Positions 33,941 through 47,100 of a stretch of 64,000 nucleotides of DNA are shown here, in pieces. Source of the DNA: Epiperipatus broadwayi (lineage: Eukaryota > Animalia > Onychophora); assembly GCA_028023455.1 (NCBI GenBank), contig JAQFVV010000005.1:12338001-12402000 (forward strand), given 5' to 3'. Under the pieces are notes generated by a model. It worked only from the letters and a program-made list of their open reading frames with translations, was not told the DNA's origin and made no database searches. Made by a program: the position numbers and the translations under genes. The number at the start of each line of letters is the position of its first letter. Position 1 is the first letter of the stretch.

Positions 33941-35722
33941 AAAGGCAACAGTATGTAGTAATTTCATATACTTATCTATGAAGTTCCTCCTGATTTCTCC
34001 ACTTTTTCTTCAGAGCAAAGTTGATTAGTGGTTTCCATACATTATGTATAGTCACACTAGGTTGGCTTATGGGATTTTTTGCCATTGTCATATGAGCAGC
34101 TTTAAATTTTCTTCTTTGTACCTTTTCTTCTTTATCCAATATTTTTGTATTTTCCCAATCGAACGTATGTTCATTGGTCCATATATGGTCTGCTACCTTA
34201 GATACATCTGTTTTCTCTCTTCTAATCATCAGTTTATGTTCTTGCAAGCGCTTTTGAATGGGACAGCTGGTCTCACCAATATATGTTCTTCCACATTCAC
34301 ATGGTATTTCATAGATGCAGTTTGTTCTTATTCATATTTAACTGTGATCAAGGAAATTTAGATACCAAAGAAAAGGAAACGATATAAGAATTGGGACTGT
34401 AGTTGTGATTTGTGGGGAAATGATTGTTAGACGATTGAAAATTAATTTTTAAAATATAGAAAGAGAATTAGAATAAATTGTATGTTAAGTGAGAGAAATA
34501 AGAAAATGAAGAAAGCAAAAGTAGTAATCTAAGTTTTGATTTTTTTTAAACTTCTCCCTTCTGTTTGTTGATCAAATCTTGAAATCAATTTTAATCTACT
34601 TTTACCTAATGAGAATTCTTCAAATTTTGTATATGAGTTCAGTATTGATGACAATGCAATATTTCAGGGTTGTCCATGTGAACAGTGTTTGTAAATTGCA
34701 TTTCAAATAGCATTTGAATTTGTTCAGAAAGTTTTCAGATTATGGGGAAATTTAGAGTGGGGAATAGAAAATAAAGTGGCTAACAGGTTTATCTGGGCAT
34801 AATTGCTGAGATATTCTTGACTTCATTTAAGGAGAAGCCACAATACATCATATCACATCAAAGAACTTTTAATCACATTACAAATGTAAGATAATTGTTT
34901 TTTTAATAACATAGGTATTAGAATGAAAAGTACAAAAAAAATCAATTTCGACTACTGGAAAGGTGGTGATAATTTTTAGATTGTCATTTTTTTAAAATTC
35001 GAATGTCAATATCTTTCTAGCTTAACAATGCTTGTGAGAAAAGGATGATTACTTACTATAGTTTGTTACAATCTAAAACACAGTGCTTGTAAAATTTGTC
35101 AAATATTACATAATTTAACATTGTTGTAATATTGGCACAAAATGAATTAAAAATTTCAGAAATGTTAATAAGAATATTAAAAATAAGAAATGGATTTAAA
35201 GTGAATGATTTATAAATTCACTCTCACTTCTGGATACTTAAGATTGGCTCATATATTTACATTTGAACTTGGAATTAAGATGGCCACCCTTATTTCCTTA
35301 AAGTCTTTATCTTGTGACTGAGTTGAGAGTATTTTTGCAGATTGAACACCACTGATTAATAGTGCTTATGATGAAAGGGTTACTTTCTATAGTTTTTTAC
35401 AATAAATGTTGAAAAACTGAAAAGATATTTTTTTTAAAAAAAATGCCTTTACTTAATTTGTTGATTAATACATAAAAAAGCAAGTCTTTAAAAAAAGTTT
35501 AGAGTTAATTAAAATAGAACAAAAAATGAAGAATGAATACTTAATTGCTTTTGATTATTTACATAAAATTTGTTTTTTTAAACTGCTGCCGTTATAAAAA
35601 CAAGTCTTATAAATTATTTTATATTTTAATGGTTAACATATAATAAAAAAAAACATGGAATGAAAGTACCATTTTAAGAAATAAGTACACTCAGTCATGC
35701 ATTAAAAATAATTAAATGTATA

Positions 35723-35904
35723 TAATTCACTAAATATCAGCCTTTTACAGCTACTGTACATGCGCTTTAATGAGTGTTAAATAATAAATGAATACTTTTC
35801 AGTGCCCATACAAGATATAGCATTTAAGAAAGTATTCATTTATTATTTAACACTCATTAAAGCACATGTACAGTAGCTGTAAAAGGCTGATGTTTAGTGA
35901 ATTA
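35723..35904. repeat. Long hairpin: 76-bp arms (74/76 complementary) with 30-bp loop
   Basis: 35723-35798 is the reverse complement of 35829-35904 with two transition mismatches. Confidence 0.93.
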
Positions 35905-36974
35905 CAATTATAAACATCGCGCTATAAAAATAGATGCTTGTTTAAATGTATATATTAAAATCACTTTTTGAAGTCTTTCCATAGTAATGCTAAGATTAAA
36001 TTCCAGTCTTACAATAAGAACTACAAAGATTAATCTTGTATCATTTTAAAGAGAATGAAAAGATCTATCTAGTGTTACATATTTCAATACTGAGATATTA
36101 AACCTCAATCCAATGTGCACCCTATTTTACTAAAAAAAATGTAGAAGAAAAACAATATTCCTGTGAGAAATATGCAGCAAGCATTGTGTGTCCATCCAAA
36201 ATCATGATTGTCTCAGCCTGCGCTCATTAAACCTGTAAATCTGTGTTAATATGGAAAGTATAATGGATAAATTTAACTTATATTAATCTATCCTGGAAAT
36301 CTTTAGTAATTTGTAAATTAATATTATAATTATTACCTGAAAACTTGAAACTAGAAAAAGAAGTTAATAGGAACTTTTTAATAGAAACAAAGGAAAAATT
36401 CAACTTATGCTTACCTATTCTGGAAATTATCATTATTTTAAATTGAAGAAGTGGAGAAAAACTTTCTAAATAACATTAAAATTATAACTCCAAAATAATA
36501 AAATATGTTATTTTCATTGAATTCAATCAAATTATATATTCTCCTTTTCTTTTTAAAAGCTATATTTTCTCTCATCAACCATATATATATCACATCTTTA
36601 ACGCCCAATGATTTGACCACTTTTTCTGTAGTCATTTTTAAGGATCTATAAAATTACATATTTATATAATTATTATTACAAATAAAATTAATATCTAAAA
36701 ATGTATATACCCTTATCATAAAAACTAACATTTTCCTTTCCTCTATACATCTTTTTTACATATATATTACATTATATAATCTACATTTACTTACTTTTTT
36801 TTTTCAAACTTTTTTCTTTTTTTACATACACATTTCTTTATATATATATATAAAATACCAATAATTTTCTTTCTTTTTGTCCTTTTTATACTTTTAACCA
36901 ATTACTTGAAAAAAATATCTTTATATCATTTTTAATTTTTTTCGTAATCTATCTTTTATATAATTCATCTTATT

Positions 36975-37210
36975 TAAGACAGGTTTTTCTCTTTATATAT
37001 AAACATTCTTTTATCATTCTTTCTTTATATAATTTAACTTTTTTTAACATTCTTATCTTAAAACTTATATGTCCAAATTCTTTACTATGTATATTAACAT
37101 TTGAATTTTCTATCATTCAAATGTTGTTTTAATCTTCTCCTTAATTTATTCATTATTGTACATATATATGCTACATTCCTATTAGCTCTTTTATAATATA
37201 AACACTAAAT
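36975..37210 (-). pseudogene. Decayed PLE GIY-YIG domain
   Basis: VYIIKEL..IYVQ, KLRRRLKQHLN and ERMIKECLYIKRKTCL fragments resemble the P1 endonuclease. Confidence 0.5.
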
Positions 37211-40201
37211 CCTATGAATTCTATTTATATTTTCTACATTTCTATTTTTTGTTTCCTTTAACACATTTCCTAAATTAAATTTCTTTTTGTATACTGGTTT
37301 CAAAAACAAATTACATTCCTTTCTACATTTTTTAAAATAAAACTGATATTTATGGTAATAAGGTATAGTGTGTACATTTGTATTTACAAATAGTTTTAAA
37401 TATAAGTAATAATTGATATTAAAGAATTTTCATTTAAGTTTTTTTTTGTTGAACCATATTTATTTTGTTTTCCTCTCCCAAAATATAATTGTACAATACT
37501 CTGCCAATTTTATAAGAAAAATGAAAGGTTTTACATTTAATCTATATTTTTTAGCGTTTATTGTGAAATGCTTTATCATTTTTAATCAGTAAAAAGATAA
37601 ATAACTTAGCTGAAGTAAATGTTAATTAATTTAGGAATAACAGGTTAATCTTATTTGTTTTAGAAAATTTCTTATTTATAATTTATTAGTTAATTTTATT
37701 AAATATTTGTCAAGAAGTAAAATTAATATCTATTTCTCCAGCTATCTGTTCTCTGAAATAGCAGAGTGTGTGAATTGATTTTTTCATATAATTATGCTTT
37801 AAGGGATTTGTAAATTATCTCAGAAAGACTCAATATATTAGGGTACATTAAAGCATTTATATTTTTTCTTGTTCACAGTCCCTAAGGTCCTTGTAAACCT
37901 GGGCTTATTCTAGAGCAATAATGGTTAATTTATATAAGTGAGGTATATGATTGTGTTTGGACATCCCAAAGGATAAAGACCATCTTTATAGGTCATTCAT
38001 TGCATTTTATTTATACATATTGGAAAATAGTTGACCTAAACTCATGGTACCATATAGACAGAAAATTGATGATAATCACCATGTATCAGAATAATAGAAT
38101 GTTTTGCTATTATAATAGATAACTTAGCATTTAGGTATGTACATTCAGATTATTATTTTTATATTATGTCCTGAGTTTGCCAGTGGCTAGATAATTAACT
38201 CACATTCTGATACTGAACCTTTTTTTACATCCAAACAAAGAATGACTTGATTATTCATGTTTAATACTGGTGATAGAACTTATAATTAGTTATTCTATAT
38301 TGATTCTCTTATGTACATTTTATATTGGTTAATGACTATTCATTTTAATGTTAATTGAAATGATTGTAATATTCACTGGGGATGATGATGATTGCAATCT
38401 TCCCACATATTATTTATCACTTAATTTGTACAATTACAATGTACATATTTGTGTGATAATTAAAAAAAAGAAGAAAGAAAAAAATTAATTAATTATGAAA
38501 AATCTTTACTCAAAAATGTTGTTTAATTAAAAGATTTAATTGAGATCTTATTTAAAATAATCCAGATATTGATTATAAAGGATTATCGTGTTTTTTAGAT
38601 ATAATGGTTTGAAGTTTTGTTTGAATATAGACTTTGATCAGATAAGATTGTTATGATTTTAAATATGATCATTTTAATTTTGGTCTGCAATGTTAATTAA
38701 ATATAATGAATATATATCAAATATATGAATTATATAGGGAGATGAATGTGTTTTAGTTATTCAATGAGTTGCACAGTTGAGTGCAAAAGAAAGAACATAT
38801 AACAAAAGTGGCATTCATTGTTCAAAGAAGTTGTAAGTGGCTTAATATTGGAGCATAGTATGGCTGTAAAATAATATTTTTGTGTGCTGCAAATAATATG
38901 ATTATGCTGAATACCATTGCATTCAGGATGCTATTTGTTCTTCCTAGTATATGCTAAAACATTCTAAATGGCTATCTAATTATTGTCTCCATATTATTCT
39001 GAAAAACATGATGAAGCCTCATTTATCTAGATAACATATGCAATGCCCTCATCATCTAGCCTGGTATTTGCCAATGTATTGCCTGAAAAGTAATACTCAT
39101 TTTTAAAAAAAAGATTCTGGGACAAGGTTACGCCATCTATCTAAATACTAAGAAATCCAGGTAACTCAAAGCTTCAGAATCCAAAATACTTCAACATTGA
39201 TAATTCTAAAGCCAAAAATATTAACATAGCATATTTTAAAATTCATGGAAAGATATTTATATACATTATTGCATGGTTACAGTTAATTTTTTTTCCTGTC
39301 ATTTATTATATTTTATATAAAATTTATTTTGATTGTTTTATGTTGTAATAGACTTTAAGTTATCAATTAATGTATTAAATCATTGGTCAATATTTTATTT
39401 TATTTTTTCTCTTAGATTTATTTATCTATATTATTTTTATGTCTACATTTCCCCAGCAAGAAATGCTAATCGGTGTATTTGTAATTTTTTGATTTTTATT
39501 CTGTTTCTTTTTTGTTATTATTTAGTTAAACTCTCTTATTAAAATAATATAAAACACTTAGTTGTGTGTTATTATTTTTTACTATCTCATTCCAAAAATT
39601 GGTTTAGTGTCCAAATATATCATCTACATTATCTGGACTTCTCTAAATTGTGCTACTGCTAGATTGTTAACAGGGATGTTTTTACAATTATCCAGCTGAA
39701 ATCTGTCTTACTTGTTTTCATTGGTGGTACTTCTATGGTGTAAGATGGCAATCTAGAGACTTTAGTGACTGCCATGAGTCTCTAAATTAATCTATCAGTA
39801 TGGACTAATTTTGGGACTGACAGTCAGAAAGGTATTGTTAATAAGTGATGATCAGAAAATATAGCCTGTGTTTATTGTGAACATATGAGTGATAGATGGA
39901 ATAGATACATTCTTGATCATCATCATCAATCCTCAGTATGTTCTTATGAGAAATACTAATAATAAGTGAGGAATTATGGTCAACATTGGTAGTTCCATGG
40001 AAACATATGGCACATTAACATACAGTTATAGTCATATGCATTACAATATATTCTATTTTATTTTACCAAAAAATAAAAAAATATTATATATAAATATTAT
40101 TTTAAAAAATGCTTTTTACTGTAATGACTAATGCACTAAAAAACAAAAAAAAAAACGTTTTCTTGAACTACAATTTTGGTTGTTATAATGCTTAAAATAG
40201 A

Positions 40202-40301
40202 ATTATGAGGCATCCATAAATTAATTCAATTGATATAGTTTGTGATTAAAATAAATACTCTATTATTGATTGAATTATTTAATTTATGGATGCCCCACAA
40301 T
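40202..40301. repeat. Short inverted repeat (MITE-like)
   Basis: GGCATCCATAAATTAATTCAAT vs ATTGAATTATTTAATTTATGGATGCC. Confidence 0.7.
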
Positions 40302-42072
40302 TTTGTTAAGAAATTGTGGTTCAAGAAAAAAAATTTTTTTTTTGCTTTTTAGTATATTAATCATCAAATTAAATAAAAACATTTTTTTTAAAAAAAAATT
40401 TTTTTATATATATTATCTGTTGATGTTTTTATTTTGAGATAAATAAATATGAAAATAAAATAATGAAATTTAAAAACCAGTATTTTATTAAAATGGGATA
40501 TGAAAATACAACTTTCTATTTATTTTTACCATCGTTAAATACACATTTGCCAAACAGTAATATTACCAGAGTCATTTACTCAAAAAAAAATCCTATAGCT
40601 GTTTGGAACTTGGAAAAAATTATGCTTTATTCTGTTGGGTTTAAAACTCAAGTTGAACCAGTAAATATCTTTTAATCACAAGACTTTTAATATGCATAGT
40701 AATGAATCATATTAAACACAATATTTATGTTTTTAAAATTGAATGAATTTTTTTTAGTTATTGAAAAAAATCATGGTATAAATATTGAAATCAGTAGTGT
40801 CATTAACTGAAATTTATTCTTTATTATTAGGCAAGCCTGATTAATCTTAAACTATAGCAACTAGCAACCTATGGAGTAGCTGTAAAATTATTGGTTTTTA
40901 AAATGTCTCTACATCTAAAATGCAATTCTGACCAAATAAATCTCTTAACTACTGGTTTCTTTGTTGTTGAATAATCTGAAGTCAAAAACTATCAACAACA
41001 TCTCTGTTTTCATTAGCAATTTTGAAGACAACTGCTAACATTGGGGTCATAATCTTTTTATTCTTTATATTTAACCATAATCTCATTTTCATTGATCATT
41101 AAATCTTACAAGAGATTAATCTACTTTGTTATAATTGTGGTGCCATAATTAAACCTGAATCTACGTTTAGATAGTAAACTAAATTATTATGTTGGCTAAA
41201 TAAATCAAATTAGCAATAATAAATTCAAATTGCTTAATACTGAATTATAAATGTAATTCCCATTCTATAATTAATAACTGGGAAAAGTGACATCCTGCTG
41301 ACAGTAGTAGCAGGATGCCAATTTCCTTACTTCCTTTCATTAATTAATCATAATGAATTTTCCTAATCTAGTCTATAAGTATACAACAACTATATACTTG
41401 AAATATAAAAGCATTAATTGCAGTTTCTAGAAATATAAAACCAAATCAAAACACAATAAGTATAATAAAAAAAACTTCTAGATATATAATGAGCTGATTG
41501 TTTTTTAATGGAAAATTTGAAGATTTACTCCTGCAATGAATTGATAAAAATATTTCAAACGGAAAAATGCTACATATTAAATTTAAAATTACTATAATTA
41601 AACACTAGTTATTTTAATATTTGTTTTGCATCTTATTCAGTATCTTTCAATAGGATATAGTGGTATTAGAAATGTAATTTCCTTTACTTCACATAGTTTT
41701 GGTCATAGTTAAGTAATATCTTATGAAAATTGAAACTGATGGTCAATTTCTAATTTTTTTTTTCAACTAGCTTTTTTGTAGTGTTGGATCTCCTTGCTAT
41801 ATATTCAAACTATTGGTTATATCTCAGGATTAACATTGACATTCCATGATTTGTTTAATTCTTTTAAATCAGATGCATTAATCCTGTGTATGATTAAATT
41901 AGAATTATTCTCAAATAGCTTCACATCATAAATATATCTACTTTTTGGGGGGACTTGCCATAGTCCACTGGCATAAGTGAAAATTGGAAACATAAGGCAA
42001 TTAGTATATTATTAATTACTATTTACAAATGATTTAGAAATTTTTCTATAAAAATTACAAGTTCAATAATGA

Positions 42073-42345
42073 AAACTTATTCCAAAAAAGATGTCTCATA
42101 CTTTTTGTATAAAAATTCAGGGTCTATTACCAGTGGTTCATGGGATAGTTAAGTAATTTTACACATTCAGGGATAAATCTAGAATTTACTGCTTATAAAT
42201 AAATAAAACACATTCCAAAAAAAGATATCTCTTGCAATTTTTGTATAAAAATTCAAGGTCTATTGTCAATAATACATGAGATAGTTAATTATATTTTCTA
42301 AAAGTTTTGCAAATTTAGGAATAAATATAGAAATTATTAGTCATA
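42073..42345 (+). repeat. Diverged two-copy ~135-bp tandem repeat
   Basis: ATTCCAAAAAAGAT...TTTGTATAAAAATTCA.GGTCTATT...CATG.GATAGTTAA occurs twice. Confidence 0.75.
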
Positions 42346-43338
42346 ACTGAGTTTATTACATCATTTTAAAAAACCTAAAAATAACTGCTTCACTCCAACA
42401 AATTATACAGTAATTTACAAAAACAATAATACCATTTTCAATTATCCATGATTCAAAAAAAATATTACATAAAAAAGTAAAAATTAAGAAAAAATTATAT
42501 TAGTTGGGTTTTGTATAGGAAACATAAAATATGTTTATTAGCTTTTAAGATCTACGTTTATTTAAATTCACGTTTGAGTTTAGTATAGTCTTGAAATCAA
42601 TATACTTATCAACTTGCAATTTAATAGGTGATGGACTTCTTTTTATGTAAATACGATAGTACTATTGAAATATTCTAGCAATAGTTTATATTTATTTACT
42701 ACATTTGAGTTTCAATTAGTATTATGCAATTATTGATATACTTAGTATGTAGGCACAATTATATATGTGTGTTATCTATGTATATGCAATATCCGCACAG
42801 GTCTACATATATATATCTGTGTGTATGTTAAAAATTCATATTGTATATGATTTTCTATTACTGCGAATTTTGGTATTTGCACTGAGGCATGGAACCAAAT
42901 GTTCCAGACTTGAAAAAACTAGTGATGATAAGATTACAATCTATATTTTGGAACAATTGTCATGGGATAAATACCTCAATAGGCCATATTTTATTTATCT
43001 GATGGGAAGAATTCAGAACCTTTCGCGTTATCTCAATCATAATTTATAGAACACAAAAAGTTAAGTTGAATGAAAATAAATCTTCACCAACTAGACTAAA
43101 AAAAAATCTTAATAAGAAATAAAGACATTTTAATAAATCTTAAATTATCAATTACATGATCTTTATGAAAGGGTATGAATTAATGACATTTATTTAAAAG
43201 TGCAGTAAAAATATTCATAAACCAATTAAATTTTTTAGTCCCACAAGATTTACAAATTTCATCTAAATCTTTATTGAAATAAAATCATTGTTTTTTACTT
43301 CACATTTGAGAGGTAAGTTTTAAATTGCCCTTAAAGTA

Positions 43339-43381
43339 GGCTATGAATATGGAGACTTAAGTTCTCTGAAAGCGCTCAGCC
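43339..43381 (+). ncRNA. Complete minimal hammerhead motif, A3-U8 core variant
   Basis: GGCU AUGAAUA U GGAGA CUUAAGU UCUCU GAAA GCGC UC AGCC. Stems I and II and the palindromic stem III AGCGCU are all intact; predicted cleavage is after C43377. Confidence 0.7.
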
Positions 43382-45879
43382 GTATCATTTTTTTCTAATA
43401 ATAATAAGCTTCACTTTTTTGCGTAAAGCGCAATTTAAAACTAAGTCTTTATGCGGAAATTTAAATTTGCATCATCTTTATAAATCTTAACCAATGGAGC
43501 AAATTTTTTATTAGTCACACAATTTAAATATAAATAACTAAAATATAACATTTTTTTATTTAATAATAAAATTAATTTATTAAATGTGGAAAAGGAATTA
43601 GAAAATAGAAAGATACCATTTAACAGTACATAGCAAAATAAAAAATGAAATAGTAATTAGAACACTTTTAATAATAAATTTATAGAAGATATCATATTAT
43701 TCAAACTAATAATTCCAATATATTTTCCTCTTTATTTTATTTTGTCCCAGATAATATAAAATACAATTAAAGTTAAAAAGATATTGTTTTTTTCTTGTTT
43801 ATACAATCCTCCCCCAAAGAAAATATTTATTATTAAGAACCGATAATAAACATTCAGACTACTTAAATAATTAAAAGATAATAATAAAAAGAATGGGTTT
43901 TAGTTATAAAGTTTTAATTTTAAAATTAGAAATATACAAACCGAAAGTTCATTATTTTTAAATAATACATCATTTATATAGAAGTACAACAGTTCTTTGT
44001 AATATACAAAAAAGTCCACTTAATCTTGGATATATAAATTATCTTTCCGTACTTGAATATTATCATACAAGTCCACAGATGTTATTCATTTCAATTATAT
44101 TAAACATAATAAAGATTTTGTAAGATCATGCTAAAGAGCAAAGTACATTAATTTATGAAGATAATTGATTTGTGCATATATTTTAAATCACTATACCCAA
44201 TACATTTTTGGAAAAAATCGTAGAAAATTGTCCTTTAAAGTTGAGTTCCAATGATTTAAGAAAAATGTCTTCTTGTAATAAAATCTTGAGAATGAATTTC
44301 CTTATTTATTACTATCATAGAAAACTCATAGACTGATTCTATAATTAGAATAACTAGGCAGTCATCTAAGACAGAAAACTCAGTAAACCATGTATTGCTG
44401 TAATTACATAATTGCTTAAATTTTTTGCATATTTAATGCAATTGGTGAGGTTTATATAAAAGTGCACCTAAGTTCTTATTATGACTAGAATGTATTGGAA
44501 TGTGCACTTGTTAATTACTGCAGAGCAATATTTAATAACAAAAAAACAGTTGTATTGCTTGAGAGTTTATAAGTTTGAGCACTGGAAGTATTAGAGATAG
44601 ACATGCTCTATGGACTCAAACCCAGTCATGATTATCACTGTATCAAATCACTGCAGAGAATGTTAATAACTAATTATATATGTGTGTGTTGTTTAATTTA
44701 TGATATATTAATAATTATTAATCTCATAAAGTAAATAATTTTTTAACGTTTTACCATTATAACTTTTTATAATTATATATATTTCATTGTTTATAAATGA
44801 AGGAATATTCAAGCCTAATTTGGACTTGGCTCAGTTGAAGAAGAAAGTTCTATTGAAATCAGTTCCTATGAACCATAACTTTGATACAGTTTGGCAATAG
44901 AGAATGCTTAAATTCCTTCATTTGTAGTAATTACATAATTGATTCCATTGTTAAAAGATAAAAAAAATAGTTTCTAATTTACTCAAATATTTGTTAATTA
45001 ATGTTTGAAGTCTATATTCTTATTATTACATGAAATAATATTATCCTTAATTAGTTATTTTACTAAGATATAAAATTTGATCACAGTTTTCCATAATAGG
45101 AAGATAAATACCCAATATCTTGTTTACATCATTAATGTATATATGACTTTAAAGACATGCAATGAACTTATCTATGATAATAAAATCAGAAGACATTCAT
45201 TAACAAAAGTCAAGCATGGAGTAATCAATCCCTGGAAGCTCTGATAATTTATGGCTTCCACCAGGAAAGTAGTAGATCTGGTTGAAGTCTATGACATTCT
45301 AAAAAAACAAAATTTTAAATATATATATGATTAATTTTTCCATTTTCAAATCCAAACTTTATATAGAACGCTTTTGGCAATAATAAAATAATTAAATTGC
45401 TTGAAGAACTTCAGTAGCAATTAATACCACAAAAGATTTAATTATTTGAAGTTAATTAACTATAAGAGAACCTGATAATGTCATGATCAACAAAATAGTT
45501 CATTATTTTTCCTTTTTTCTGTCATAATATATTATCTTTTATATTTATGTTTATAACTAAAAAAAGATATATCATTATCATATGATAAGACGAAAATTAA
45601 GGATGACATCAACTAGGCCTTTTAAGGATTATAAATCATATATAAATATAAAATTTTATACAGTATATCTATGATGTATAGTGGTTACATACCCTTATGA
45701 CACAAATCCTCCAACTAAATTTTTTTTTAAAAATTTGAATGCATTCTAAACTTTGTGTGTGTGTATGTGTGCTTTATGTTGAATGGGTAATTCCTAATTA
45801 CATTCCTATTATAAAGACTCATGTTAATAAATCAATATAAATTATGATGGAAATAATGTTTTCAGAATCATAAATATTG

Positions 45880-47100
45880 CCACAGAAAAGGCACTGCATT
45901 CACTTGCAAGGATTTGATGATAGGCTGTATGTCAACAGCTTATAAGATTTTCTCTGAATTAGAATCCCAAGCTAGGGCATAAAATAGATTACCATTTGAA
46001 TAGGTGTGGATTGCAATATTCCACTTTGCTTATGTTTTAATATTATATTCTTCTTTGATTTCATCCAAATGGGATATTTATAAAACAAGTCCTTAGGATT
46101 ATATAAGTGACATAAATTTTTACCATCATAGTCAATCCTCCTTCTGTATTCAGGTTTATAAAATGATTGCTCAAACCCTCTCAAACATCTGCTTTAACAT
46201 ATGCTCCATATGCACTTACTTCATGAATCCTTAGAGATTTCTCAACTCTTGTTTTGTGTTTACACTTGTTGCAAGCTAATCAGCAAGAATGGCCATTAAA
46301 ATGCCACCTTATATTCAACCTGTAACCACTCTTACTACAATAATGTTTATACTCTCTAGAATGATCTTTGATATACTGCACTAAAAAGTCCCTATTCTCA
46401 GTTGTGAATAAATATTTATAACATTTATCCCTTTCATTATTCATCTCATGACTGAAGTTTGAGCACTTTACCTTTCTAATTAATTCATCATATACTTTTC
46501 TCTCATGATTACTTACATTTTCCATACCTTGTACTCCAGAACTATATTCAAGGTGATGAGAGTTACAATGTACTTCATGTAATTTGACCTTTTAATAGCT
46601 TTGATATTTTTTAAAATGTTATTTCGAACTATCCTTTAATATCTGTGCTGAAGTTTGTGCCATTTAATTTTATAATTATAAAAAAAATGCTTAAATAACT
46701 TTCCATGAAAATGTTCATAATGGTGTTCAATAAAAAGATCTTTTTCTTGGTTAGTAGTCATTGGAACATTAAATTGGCATGGTATATTCTTTTGGAATAA
46801 GACCTATTTGGGAAATTATATTGCATATGTTTTTAACTTATATTATCGTCTATATTATGATTATTATGAAGTGATAGGCTAAATCCTCTCATTATATTCA
46901 TTTTAGTAAATTTTTCTGTCACAATTGTGCCCATAACAATCTCTTTCTTTTTGATGAGCAGGTTTATGATTCCAGACCCAACAGTATTCTTTTTGTTGGC
47001 TATCATAGTGCTCCACTTGTATCATCTTATTTCCCCTGTCTAAATTGTTTTTATAAAATTTCTCTTGTATGCTTGTCTCATTAATCTGTAACCCATAGTG
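45880..47100 (-). mobile_element. Decayed non-LTR retrotransposon RT remnant
   Basis: VTLITLNIVLEYKV (motif-B-like) and neighbouring RTE-like fragments. The ORFs at 45972-46184 and 46280-46525 are pieces of it. Confidence 0.35.

Larger units (their letters stand above)
33593..34326 (-). mobile_element. P2 copy, 5'-truncated (GIY-YIG plus pLTR)
   Basis: CIYEIPCECG, VADHIWTNEHTFDWENTKIL and ISQPS, followed by the tRNA-like head, HHR and 42-bp repeats. Confidence 0.88.

Noticed and set aside
38760-38840. THAP-domain start (MSCTVEC)
   Set aside because: An immediate stop follows and none of the other THAP residues are present.
39901-39939. HHR-like AUA CUGAGGA UUGAU..AUCAA GAAUGUAUC UAU (minus strand)
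   Set aside because: It needs two corrections, stem I is only 3 A-U pairs, it overlaps a (GAT)n tract and it is single-copy, so chance is plausible.
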